Origin: Candidatus Bathyarchaeia archaeon
Lineage (GTDB): Archaea > Thermoproteota > Bathyarchaeia > Bathyarchaeales > Bathycorpusculaceae
Direction: 5' to 3'
Assembly (NCBI GenBank): GCA_050010755.1
Contig: JBEKKK010000001.1
Coordinates: forward strand, 1,088,001-1,152,000
Length of the DNA: 64,000 bases
Part shown: piece after piece, positions 47,106-56,439 of the stretch
How positions within the stretch are numbered: position 1 is the stretch's first letter
How the letters are laid out: the number at the start of each line of letters is the position of its first letter
Notes under the pieces: model-generated
Database searches by the model: none
The model's input: only the letters and a program-made list of their open reading frames with translations
What the model was told of the DNA's origin: nothing
Program-made: the position numbers and the translations under genes

Positions 47106-49937
47106 TTGAAATCAAAGTTCCCAGTTCAGGATGTTTACGCTTTGAAGCAGCAGTTTCCGAAAGAGGAATACGACCTCCCATTCTTCAAGGAAGCAGGTTA
47201 CGTCAGAAAACAGTGCCCCAAATGCAAAGAATACTATTGGACGCAGCTTCCCGATAAGCCCACTTGCGGCGAGTCTAACTCGGAAGGATGCGCATCCTAC
47301 ACCTTCATAAACAACCCGCCCACCCGCAAAAAGTACAGCCTGCCCGAGATGCGCGAAGCCTTCCTCTCATTCTTCGAAAAAAACGGCCACACCCGCATAA
47401 AACCCTACCCCGTCGTGGCAAGATGGAGAGGCGATATCTACCTAACCCACGCAAGCATAATCGACTTCCAACCATACGTAACAGAAGGAATCGCCCCACC
47501 ACCCGCAAACCCACTCGTAATCAGCCAACCCTGCATTAGACTCGTCGACGTGGACAACACAGGCCCCACGTTCGGCAGACACGAAACCATCTTCGAAATG
47601 GGCGGAGCCCACGCCTTCAACCTCCCAGACAAAGAAGTGTACTGGAAAGACCAGACCGTAAGATACCAAAACGACTTCGTAACAAACGTCCTCGGCGTCA
47701 AACCAGAAGAAATCGTCTACAAAGAAGCCGTCTGGATCGGCGGAGGAAACGCAGGACCATGCGTAGAATCCATCATCAGAGGCCTAGAAGTAGACACCCT
47801 CGTATTCATGCAATTCAAACTTGTCAACGACCAGTTCATCAAACTCCCAATCAGAACCGTCGACACAGGCTACGGCATAGACCGATACGCGTGGCTCAGC
47901 CAAGGCGCCCCCAGCGGCTTCCACGCAGCCTACGGCGAACTCCTCGACAAAGTCTTCAAGATGGCAGGCATACCCAAAATCGACCAAGCACTGCTGAAGA
48001 AAGTTGCCGAAGCCTCAGGCCTAGTCAACCTTGACAAGACCACCAGCAGAACCCTGACACGAAAGAAAGAAGCACAACTCGTCGGCACAAACGTGGAAGA
48101 ACTCGAAAAATTCGTAACACCCATCGAGAACGCCTTCGCAGTCACAGACCACACAAAATGCCTCAGCTTCATACTCTCCGAAGGCGTAGTACCCTCCAAC
48201 ATCCAGGAAGGCTACCTAGCAAGACTCATCTTCCGCAGAGTCTACCGCCTCCTAAGAATACTGGAAATACCAGACAAACTCCACGAAATCGTAGACATGC
48301 AAATCAACCTATGGGGCAAAGACTACCCCCAACTCAAAGAAATGCACAGCGAAATAACAGAAATGCTCAAAGTCGAAGAAGAAAAATTCGAAGAAACCAT
48401 CAAACGCGGAGAAGGAATGGTCAAACGCATCTCAGCCGAGCTGAAAAAACAAGGAAAGAAAACCATCCCCGTCGAAACCCTAACCGAACTCTACGACTCC
48501 CACGGCCTACCGCCCGAAATAGTCAAACAGGCCGCAGAACAAGAAAACCTCAACGTGGAACTGCCGGACAACTTCTACAACCTCATAGCCCAGAGACACA
48601 TGAACGCCCCGACAGCCATCGAAAAGGAAGCCACACCAGAACTGGAAATGAAGGCAAAGGTCACGGGCCTCCCACCAACGTTGGCCCTATACTATCAAGA
48701 TCAATACATGAAAGAGTTTGAAGCAAAAGTTCTGAAAGTGATAGAAAAACAGTACGTCGTACTCGACAGAACATGCTTCTTCCCAGAAGGCGGCGGACAA
48801 CCAGCAGACAGCGGACACCTAACATTCGAAAACAAGAAGACAGAGGTTACCGACGTCCAGAAAATAGGCAACGTCATAATCCACAAAGTAAAGGGCGACG
48901 TTCCCAAAGAAGGCAGCGTGCTCAGAGGAGCCATCAATTGGGAGAAACGTTACAGCCTGATGAAAAACCACACGGCGACACACGTGGTCGGCGGAGCCGC
49001 CAGAAGAGTCCTCGGCCAACACGTTTGGCAATACGGCACACAGAAAGGCGTAGAAGGCTCGAGGCTCGACATCTCACACTACCGCCGATTAACGTTGGAA
49101 GAGGTTCAAAAGATAGAGACTCTGGCCAACGAGGCGATCCAAAGGAACCTCCCTGTTGACACGAAGTGGATGTCCAGAAACGACGCTGAAAGCCTCTACG
49201 GCTTCAGGCTCTACCAGGGCGGAGCAGTGCCCGGCAAAGAAATCCGAGTGGTCAGAACCGACGACTGGGATGTCGAAGCCTGCGCCGGAACACACCTGAA
49301 CAACACGGGCGAAATTGGGTTTCTAAAGATAACCCACACCGAAAGAGTCCAAGACGGAGTCGAGAGACTCGCGTACTCGGTCGGAATACCAGCCGTAAAG
49401 GCCGTCCAGAAGAACGAGGAACTGCTCGTCAGAGTCTCCGAAACGCTGAACGCCCCCTTAGAAAAGCTGGACAAGACCGCTGAGAAACTCGTGAAGGAAC
49501 TGAAGGAAGCAGGCGTTGAAAGAAGAAGATTGCTCAAAGAAATAGCCATCCAGGACAGCGCCAAACTCAAGGGCCAAGTCCAGACGGCGGAAAGCAAGAC
49601 GGTAGCCGACGTCAAACTCGTAATCAGAGACTTCAAGGAATCCATCGACATCGACAGAATGGTCCAGACCGCAAACGAAATAATCAAACAAGACGAGGCA
49701 ACGGTCACCCTGTTCTACGGATCAGACGGAAAAAACGCGAGAATAATGGTCATGGCCGGCAAAGCCGCAGTCGAAAAAGGAGTCGACGCCAGCGAGGTTG
49801 TCAGAGAATCAGCCCCCATAATAGGCGGAGGAGGAGGCGGAAGACCCAACTTTGCACAGGGCGGCGGAACGCAGACCGCAAAACTGGCCGAAGCGGTTAG
49901 AAAGGCCGAAGAAACCGTGAGAAAAAGACTGAAATAG
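47106..49937 (+). CDS. alaS: Alanine--tRNA ligase (archaeal type)
   Basis: YPVVARW, SQPCIR, VDTGYG, DHTK, HTATH/CAGTH editing motifs, GGGRPNFAQGGG. Confidence 0.97.
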   Translation: MKSKFPVQDVYALKQQFPKEEYDLPFFKEAGYVRKQCPKCKEYYWTQLPDKPTCGESNSEGCASYTFINNPPTRKKYSLPEMREAFLSFFEKNGHTRIKPYPVVARWRGDIYLTHASIIDFQPYVTEGIAPPPANPLVISQPCIRLVDVDNTGPTFGRHETIFEMGGAHAFNLPDKEVYWKDQTVRYQNDFVTNVLGVKPEEIVYKEAVWIGGGNAGPCVESIIRGLEVDTLVFMQFKLVNDQFIKLPIRTVDTGYGIDRYAWLSQGAPSGFHAAYGELLDKVFKMAGIPKIDQALLKKVAEASGLVNLDKTTSRTLTRKKEAQLVGTNVEELEKFVTPIENAFAVTDHTKCLSFILSEGVVPSNIQEGYLARLIFRRVYRLLRILEIPDKLHEIVDMQINLWGKDYPQLKEMHSEITEMLKVEEEKFEETIKRGEGMVKRISAELKKQGKKTIPVETLTELYDSHGLPPEIVKQAAEQENLNVELPDNFYNLIAQRHMNAPTAIEKEATPELEMKAKVTGLPPTLALYYQDQYMKEFEAKVLKVIEKQYVVLDRTCFFPEGGGQPADSGHLTFENKKTEVTDVQKIGNVIIHKVKGDVPKEGSVLRGAINWEKRYSLMKNHTATHVVGGAARRVLGQHVWQYGTQKGVEGSRLDISHYRRLTLEEVQKIETLANEAIQRNLPVDTKWMSRNDAESLYGFRLYQGGAVPGKEIRVVRTDDWDVEACAGTHLNNTGEIGFLKITHTERVQDGVERLAYSVGIPAVKAVQKNEELLVRVSETLNAPLEKLDKTAEKLVKELKEAGVERRRLLKEIAIQDSAKLKGQVQTAESKTVADVKLVIRDFKESIDIDRMVQTANEIIKQDEATVTLFYGSDGKNARIMVMAGKAAVEKGVDASEVVRESAPIIGGGGGGRPNFAQGGGTQTAKLAEAVRKAEETVRKRLK

Positions 49938-50069
49938 CAAGAAAACTGAGAAACTCGCGCCCGTTTTGACATAAGCGGTCCTCGCAGGCAAAAATCGTCT
50001 CCAAACAGCAAAGAGAAACCAAGGCAATAATCAACCCTTTTTCGGAATATGCGCAAACAACATTGACAC

Positions 50070-50130
50070 ACACGTGGATCCATTACGCGGATCCATTACA
50101 TCTGATGTGTGTGAAAAAAAGGGAGGGGCC
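50070..50130 (+). repeat. Dispersed repeat, copy B
   Basis: ACACGTGGATCCA TTACGCGGATCCA TTACATCTGATGTGT, A-tract, GGGAGGGGCC. Confidence 0.75.
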
Positions 50131-50236
50131 AACCATTCATCATCGAAATCGCACATGATATCGGACGCAAACACGAAGAAAAAGGGGCAACGCTCAAGTC
50201 AGGATCAAGATTTAGCCTTTTCCGGAACGCTCAAAG

Positions 50237-50310
50237 CAACATGGAAAACTTACATTGCAACATTACATTGCAACATTACATCTGATGTAAAGAAAAAAAA
50301 GGGAGGGGGC
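50237..50310 (+). repeat. Dispersed repeat, copy C
   Basis: TTACATTGCAACA x2, palindrome TTACATC-T-GATGTAA, A-tract, GGGAGGGGGC. Confidence 0.8.
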
Positions 50311-50318
50311 CCGTTGAA

Positions 50319-51959
50319 CTATGCTTCCATGCTTGAAAAGAGTTTCTTCATGCCTTGCACGCAATAGTGGCGGGTCAACACGAGAAGGATTGCGCCAATT
50401 GCCGCTGTCGAGACGATTGTCAATAGCAATGATACAGTCAGCCCGCCTCCGAACCCAGTAAATAATCCCGTGCCTTCATACAATAATAAAGGAGTTAGAA
50501 TCGCCAACGTCGCCAAGCCACCCATAACGAACTCTATCAGGAACCCGGTTAGGGAGATGTATCTTGCCCTCGGTCCCGCGTCAAAGCTGGGGTATCGCGA
50601 GCCTATTCCAAGCCCCACATACCCTTGCACCATCATGTTGAAGGCCGCGAAAACCAAGGCAGCCAAGAACAGGCCTGGGGCAACAGGAGCCAGAAATTGC
50701 ATCAACAAAGCGATTGCCAGTATTCCTGCCCCTGAGAAAATCCATGGGAGAAAAAGCTTTCCGAGGATCAGTTCGTCCGCTGAGATGGGAAGCATATAGA
50801 TGTTGGCGATGGATCTTCCTTCCTGCCCAATGCTGATTGAAGAGAGAATCATGGGCAAAAACAGGGAAACTTCAACTAGAAGCACTAAGCTCACGCCCGA
50901 TAGCCCAGTCTTTGGATTCGATCCACTCGTCAACACCGGGAGCAAGGAAGCAACTACAAGCACCACGGGTACAGCTAGGAATCTGGCCATTTCTCTTCGT
51001 CTTGCTAGGGATCTTAATTCCTTGGAGGCTACCGCGAACGCGACTGGATCCAGCCACAGGAACGACCTGCCTTGAGGAACGTACACGGTTGAAGTCGACA
51101 AGGTAATGGTAACGGGCACCGGAGACCAGTATCTGATTCTCAGTCGAGTTGCAGCCTCGAATATCAAGAACGTGAACACGACGGAAAGTGCTCCAAAAAG
51201 GGCCGTTCTTGCCACGTCTGTTGTTATTAAGTAGACGACGGCGACTGATGGCCAGATTACGGGAACAAACCAAGCGAAGTTGACGCCCGCGGCGATGCCT
51301 GAAAGGGCAGTGTAGAGGATGTATGGATTGAAGGCTATCTGCACGGCGACTAAAAGGACAACGACGAGTAGGATGCGAAGGATGACTCCGAGCCTTCCGC
51401 TCTTCTTGTAAAGCGTTGTCGAGATGCGGTTCATCACCGACCTCAAGGCTTCCACAATCACAGCTCCCCAAAAGAACGCGAGGACGCAAATCACAACGAA
51501 AAACGGGACAATCGAAAGCATGCCTATATACGCGGCGAGCGGCACGGTCACCCCCAGACTGATAAATAGAATAGGCGAGTAAGTGAACACCACCGAAACG
51601 GCCGAGGCAACCACGTATTCTCTAGGAGACACTGGAAGCCAATTCACCGCTTCGCTCGAAGCAAGACCGCTGGCCTGCCCCAGCTCAAAGAGTATTCCCG
51701 CCAATATGACCACTGACGTGAGAATGACTGGAAGCACGATGAGAGAATTAATTGCGACAGGTCGAACCGAACTCATTAGGCTAGCCGGAATCAACGGTAG
51801 AGCAAACATGAGCAGCCCGAATGGAACCGCAAAAGCTACTACGTCCAAGAAGGCTAAGACCAACGGCTTCGAAAGAATGCTCCTGCGACCGAAACGGCTG
51901 GCTCGGAAGTACGACTTAAACAGAACAGAAGCGAGGCTCTTGACAGTTGACCAATTCAA
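50319..51959 (-). CDS. ABC-2-type exporter permease
   Basis: Many TMs, KELRSL.R, EGRS...LP...LILGK; overlaps the ATPase gene. Confidence 0.8.
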   Translation of the reverse strand: MNWSTVKSLASVLFKSYFRASRFGRRSILSKPLVLAFLDVVAFAVPFGLLMFALPLIPASLMSSVRPVAINSLIVLPVILTSVVILAGILFELGQASGLASSEAVNWLPVSPREYVVASAVSVVFTYSPILFISLGVTVPLAAYIGMLSIVPFFVVICVLAFFWGAVIVEALRSVMNRISTTLYKKSGRLGVILRILLVVVLLVAVQIAFNPYILYTALSGIAAGVNFAWFVPVIWPSVAVVYLITTDVARTALFGALSVVFTFLIFEAATRLRIRYWSPVPVTITLSTSTVYVPQGRSFLWLDPVAFAVASKELRSLARRREMARFLAVPVVLVVASLLPVLTSGSNPKTGLSGVSLVLLVEVSLFLPMILSSISIGQEGRSIANIYMLPISADELILGKLFLPWIFSGAGILAIALLMQFLAPVAPGLFLAALVFAAFNMMVQGYVGLGIGSRYPSFDAGPRARYISLTGFLIEFVMGGLATLAILTPLLLYEGTGLFTGFGGGLTVSLLLTIVSTAAIGAILLVLTRHYCVQGMKKLFSSMEA

Positions 51960-52720
51960 AGCTTCAATGCCTCAACGATCTTCTCCGTGTCTTCACTACC
52001 CGTAAGCTTCAAGAAGGTATCCTCAAGCGTCGAACCAGGCATCCCTGCCCTCGATCTCAGCTCTTGCACATTCCCCTCGGCAATGATATTTCCCTCATTC
52101 ATAATGGTGATTCTGCTGCACATCGCCTCTGCAATTTCAAGAACGTGAGTACTGAAAAGGATTGAAACGCCTTCGCCCGCCAAACGGTGAAGAACATCCT
52201 TGACTATCTTGGCTGACCTAGGATCTAAACCGTTCAACGCTTCGTCCAAAACGAGAGCACGCGGCCGGTGAAGCAGAGCCGAAGTAATTGCTATTTTCTG
52301 CTTCATTCCTTGAGAGAAGCCGCTCATAACCTCGTTCACATGCTCATCCATCTGCAACGCCTTAAGCAGCTCATCAACCCTCTCTCGCCGAACCTTCAAG
52401 TCGATACCGTAAGCTGTGCCTACAAAATCAAGATACTCCGAAGCCGTCAGATACTCGTAAAGATAAGGCAGTTCCGGAACATAGCCCACAAGTCTTTTGG
52501 CGTCAATGGGCCGCTGCAGCACATCCACGCCCCAAAGGCTGATCTTGCCACGATCAGGCTTGACAATACTCATGATCATCTTCATGGTCGTGCTTTTCCC
52601 AGATCCGTTCGGACCGAGAAGGCCATGAACCTCACCCGGCAACACGGAAAGCGTCATATCTCTTACAGCCACGTTATTGCCGAAGGATTTCGTCACCGAT
52701 TCTAAGATAATCCCGTCCAT
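51956..52720 (-). CDS. ABC transporter ATP-binding protein
   Basis: GPNGSGKS, FSQGMKQK, LVLDE, STH. Confidence 0.95.
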   Translation of the reverse strand: MDGIILESVTKSFGNNVAVRDMTLSVLPGEVHGLLGPNGSGKSTTMKMIMSIVKPDRGKISLWGVDVLQRPIDAKRLVGYVPELPYLYEYLTASEYLDFVGTAYGIDLKVRRERVDELLKALQMDEHVNEVMSGFSQGMKQKIAITSALLHRPRALVLDEALNGLDPRSAKIVKDVLHRLAGEGVSILFSTHVLEIAEAMCSRITIMNEGNIIAEGNVQELRSRAGMPGSTLEDTFLKLTGSEDTEKIVEALKL

Positions 52721-52900
52721 CTCAAATCCTCATTCTCACTAAATCTTACGCATTAAGGCAATCCAATGGAACTGAAATGCTTTGAACAACTTTCTTGACA
52801 AGTATATAGCTTTTAGTCTTTCACAATTGACTTCGCAGCTTCCTATTCGTCTGCTATCAGCTTTGAACGTTGGCGTTTCCGTGCTTTTTGCTGAGTAGGA

Positions 52901-53728
52901 TCACTGGTAGGACCAGCTCTCGTAGTTCCATTTGTAAGCGCTGCCGTTTGTCAGTAACCAAGCATCGCAACCCACTGGACCGCTCACCCATGTTTTCCCG
53001 CCGTCGCTAGAGTAGTACCATATCCACGAGTACCCCGCAGTATAGTTTGAGTTCGTGTAATCTGCCTTGTCGTTGATAGAATCAACAAATACATGGCCTG
53101 GTTGGGCAAAGGGGTCATAGCTGTATTTAATGACGGCTACTTTCTGAGTTATCATGAAAAGGGTGTAACCTGCAGGCACCCGAGTTTCATTGTCCCATTG
53201 CAGGGTTTGATTTCCATAATTGATTTCAATGCTCACAGACAGCGTAGTAGCTTCGCTAACTGACAGCCCTAATTCCCTAAATGCAGAGAGATTAAACAAG
53301 TCATAATACTCGCTGAGCAGATTTCCAAAATCCGTTTTTGTAACATTACCATTCTGCAGAAGTATTTCATAGTCGCTCAGAAGTTGATTATACGTATTGT
53401 TTATGTCTTGTTGGACGAACAAGTCGCTATAGTTCTTGCTGAACTCACTGATGAGGCTACGCAAAGGCGGCATCAAAGTCAGGTAGTTATTGCCTGTAAA
53501 GTATGAATAGTTGCCATACAACGTGCCGTATTCACTCAGGAGCAAATCGTACTTGTTCGTCGCATTGGAGTAGCTTGATGCGACTGTGTCCAGTGAGTTA
53601 TTAGCGCTATTCAGTTGTCCACTGTTGTTAGTATTCTCGAGGTAGTAGTAACCAACAAACGCCGAGGCTAGGGATGCCCACACAATTGTCGCGAGCATTG
53701 CGAATACAAGCGTTCTTTTTTCGACCAT
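52901..53728 (-). CDS. Membrane-anchored protein with coiled coil and DUF4430-like C-terminal domain
   Basis: N-terminal TM, heptad region, FVDSIN...W.WY..W..GPVGCD..L..G..W.Y. Confidence 0.7.
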   Translation of the reverse strand: MVEKRTLVFAMLATIVWASLASAFVGYYYLENTNNSGQLNSANNSLDTVASSYSNATNKYDLLLSEYGTLYGNYSYFTGNNYLTLMPPLRSLISEFSKNYSDLFVQQDINNTYNQLLSDYEILLQNGNVTKTDFGNLLSEYYDLFNLSAFRELGLSVSEATTLSVSIEINYGNQTLQWDNETRVPAGYTLFMITQKVAVIKYSYDPFAQPGHVFVDSINDKADYTNSNYTAGYSWIWYYSSDGGKTWVSGPVGCDAWLLTNGSAYKWNYESWSYQ

Positions 53729-53729
53729 A

Positions 53730-54269
53730 CTATCCACCCGCTTTTGAGCCGTTCAGAGCATTTATAACTGGAAGAAACAGGACTCCAAAAACTACGGTGT
53801 TGGAAATTATATGTAACAGCGAATAAAATGCGCCAATAGCTATGGCAGTGAAAAAGGCTAAAGACAGGCTCTCCCCTGTTAAAACCAGCTGCAGGCCATA
53901 TCCTAAATTAGTGATTAAGTCATAGACAAGAGCGATGACAGCACCCAAAAGTGCGGTTTCCAAAGAGAACCTTGCTGAGAAATTCATGTTAGGTGTAAAC
54001 TTTCGGTAAGCGCCTCCCAGACCGCCGGCGATTATCATGCCTGCCATCTGGAAAGGGATGTTCAAGCCACCAAATCCATAGGGGGAAACGAACCCGTTAA
54101 TCAACATTATGAAACTTCCGAAACATGCGCCGACCACTGCTCCTTCCGCCAATCCGACAATAAATGAGAAGAAAGAGGTGAACTCCACATTTGGCGGCCT
54201 TGGAGCAATCTGGAGGGCTATACATGCCGCTGTCATGACTATGAAGAAAGCGAGTTTCCTTGCATCCAT
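53730..54269 (-). CDS. ECF transporter S component (CbrT-like)
   Basis: PNVEFT, PFQMAG, YDLITN, HIISN; about six TMs. Confidence 0.8.
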   Translation of the reverse strand: MDARKLAFFIVMTAACIALQIAPRPPNVEFTSFFSFIVGLAEGAVVGACFGSFIMLINGFVSPYGFGGLNIPFQMAGMIIAGGLGGAYRKFTPNMNFSARFSLETALLGAVIALVYDLITNLGYGLQLVLTGESLSLAFFTAIAIGAFYSLLHIISNTVVFGVLFLPVINALNGSKAGG

Positions 54270-54376
54270 GTGAGTTATTTCCTTGTTGGTTAGATAATCC
54301 ATCCAATAGTTATAAAAGAATTGCCGTGAAAATTCTATAAACAACTGCTAACAGCCTATAAGCGAGGAATGCTTAG

Positions 54377-55018
54377 TTGAAGACTCTTGAAATCATCGTC
54401 AAGGTGGCAGCAAAAATAGCGCCCGGGCGTTTGCCCTCGTTCGCTGAAGCTCATGTCGTCATGGCTCTAGAGGACATCGGCAATGCAGGAACTGTGGGCA
54501 GGTTGAAACTTTCAAAAGACCTTCAGCTGGGCGAAGGTGAAACGAGGACTCTAGTCAGGCATCTCCAGAAGGAAGGGTTGATTGAAATTTCAAGAACAGG
54601 AATTTCCCTGTCCGCAGCAGGGAGAAAGCTGCTCTCCAGCCTGAAGGGAGTCTTGAGTGAACAAGTGGAGATTCCCTCTTCCCCTTTGACCGTAGGGCGC
54701 TTCAACGTGGCAGTTCAAATCAAAGGAATGAAAAGCTCCGTAAGGTACGGTCTGGAACAAAGAGACGCCGCAATAACTGCAGGTGCAAAAGGAGCCACGA
54801 CTCTGGTGTTTACCAATAACAAATTAGCCATGCCTGGAACTGGAGAAGTCTTGTCAGAAACTGGCTCCTCCATCGTTGGAGTTTTGTCAAGACTGAGCTT
54901 GAAGGAGGGCGACGTCATAGTCATTGGAAGTGCAGATGATAGGTTCAAGGCAGAACTTGGAGTAAGGGCTGCAGCGCTTGAACTCCTAAAAACAAAAGAT
55001 AGAAAAGCCTTCGACTGA
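54377..55018 (+). CDS. wHTH transcriptional regulator with DUF4443-like C-terminal domain
   Basis: GRLKLSKDLQLGEGETRTLVRHL HTH; GLEQRDAAI.AGAKGATT. Confidence 0.78.
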   Translation: MKTLEIIVKVAAKIAPGRLPSFAEAHVVMALEDIGNAGTVGRLKLSKDLQLGEGETRTLVRHLQKEGLIEISRTGISLSAAGRKLLSSLKGVLSEQVEIPSSPLTVGRFNVAVQIKGMKSSVRYGLEQRDAAITAGAKGATTLVFTNNKLAMPGTGEVLSETGSSIVGVLSRLSLKEGDVIVIGSADDRFKAELGVRAAALELLKTKDRKAFD

Positions 55019-55125
55019 ACAATGAGCGATTTCTAATTTTAACTTTGTCTGGCGAACTTTTGAAATTTGGGTCGAATGTAACTTAATGCTCCGTGGCCCG
55101 CATTGGTATCGCGCGGGTAACAATC

Positions 55126-55521
55126 TCACAGATTGTCTAGAACTGTGTTAAAGAGCTGGGCGACCTGTACACCTGTTGGAAGTCCCAGGAGGAGGCTCTT
55201 GAGTGCGATTGCATCGTAATGAGCCGTGCTGGGTTCGAGTTTTTTAGATTCTACAAGCCAGCTACGGAAGTTTTTGACTTCCACTTCAACTTCGTCTTCA
55301 AGTTCCTTTCGTCTTTCTCTGGTTGCCTTTTCATATTCTAACCTGCGTGTTTTGATTGTCGCAAATATGTCACGCTGGCTGTACTCCTCATACAGCGTGA
55401 AGGTTTTTGGGGGTTTCGTCTTAGTTTCAAATCTAACTGGCTCGGGGAGTTCTCCAGTTTGGGGCTGCATAGGCAAAAGCTTACTGGACAGGGAATATCT
55501 TGTTTGCGAAAGCCCCATCAT
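55126..55521 (-). CDS. Hypothetical protein
   Basis: 131-aa ORF, helical C-terminal half. Confidence 0.55.
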   Translation of the reverse strand: MMGLSQTRYSLSSKLLPMQPQTGELPEPVRFETKTKPPKTFTLYEEYSQRDIFATIKTRRLEYEKATRERRKELEDEVEVEVKNFRSWLVESKKLEPSTAHYDAIALKSLLLGLPTGVQVAQLFNTVLDNL

Positions 55522-55709
55522 GATTTAGAATTCACATCAGGCTAGGGTTTCGTAACAGTGGACTTAGAGACGCTCGAGTCCATTTCTCTACCCAAAGTCC
55601 GGAAAACCCACTTGCTCATTTCCTATAATTGCTGCTCGCAGCGTCGAGACTACTTGGGACTACTTGGATTTGACAAGGCAGTGAAACATTCTTTCGAATC
55701 ACAAGGAGC

Positions 55710-56213
55710 TTATTCTGTTAGTTTCTCCTTCAAGAAGTCTCTTTGCTGTTTTCTGTCCATCTTTTCTAATTCGCTTTTGTATTTGGCGTGGATAAGCTTC
55801 AATTTGCAGCTGGCGTAGAGAGCATCGTAGACTACTCTTGCTTTTTCTACAGCTTCATGGTCGTCCTTGGCTGCTATGCCAATCCCTGTCATGATTGCTT
55901 CTAGACCTGCGGCTTCGGGGACTGTTTCCATCTTGTCTGTGTCTGCAGCTCGGACGATTTTAGCAAGTTCCAGAACCGTTGGGTCTTTTATTTTGTATCT
56001 TTCGACTATGGAGTCAAAACTGCATTTTTCGCCATGATGGCCTAACTCAACATTGGGGGCATCGTAGGGTATTGCGTTCTCCTTCTTCACGATCTCCTCA
56101 ATCTTCGCTGCTGCAACAAAGACAAATTCGGCTTCGCGGTCAACGAATCTCTTGATCAACCAGGGACAAGCTGTTCTGTCAACATGCACGTATTGTCTTG
56201 TCACCCATTTCAT
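55710..56213 (-). CDS. ChrB-domain (chromate resistance regulator-like) protein
   Basis: KWVTR..HVDRTACPWLIKRFVD, H.GEKCSFD, IVRAADT, PEAAGL, YDALY. Confidence 0.85.
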   Translation of the reverse strand: MKWVTRQYVHVDRTACPWLIKRFVDREAEFVFVAAAKIEEIVKKENAIPYDAPNVELGHHGEKCSFDSIVERYKIKDPTVLELAKIVRAADTDKMETVPEAAGLEAIMTGIGIAAKDDHEAVEKARVVYDALYASCKLKLIHAKYKSELEKMDRKQQRDFLKEKLTE

Positions 56214-56439
56214 TCTTATCACCGACCAACAGCTGAAAATGCCAGACACATAAATAAGCCCTTTTCATGTAACGGTCAGTATGTTTATTCGAGTTGCGGT
56301 TCGCAAAATTGACCGTCCAATAGCAAAGGATTAATGCTGGTTCCCCCACTTTATTAGTGGGTGCCAGATGTGAGGAATAGCGTTCTCTGTTCGTAAGAAC
56401 AAAACCTTTAATACCCAACCGACCGACTCAGAAAGTTTT

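Noticed and set aside
46817-47257. ORFs 46817-47257 and 50074-50367 sharing ITxDVKKKxGGG
   Set aside because: The similarity is the translated non-coding repeat; both ORFs overlap real genes and share nothing else.
46891-50310. CRISPR array interpretation of the repeats
   Set aside because: Only 3-4 divergent, dispersed copies, no regular repeat-spacer pattern and no cas genes.
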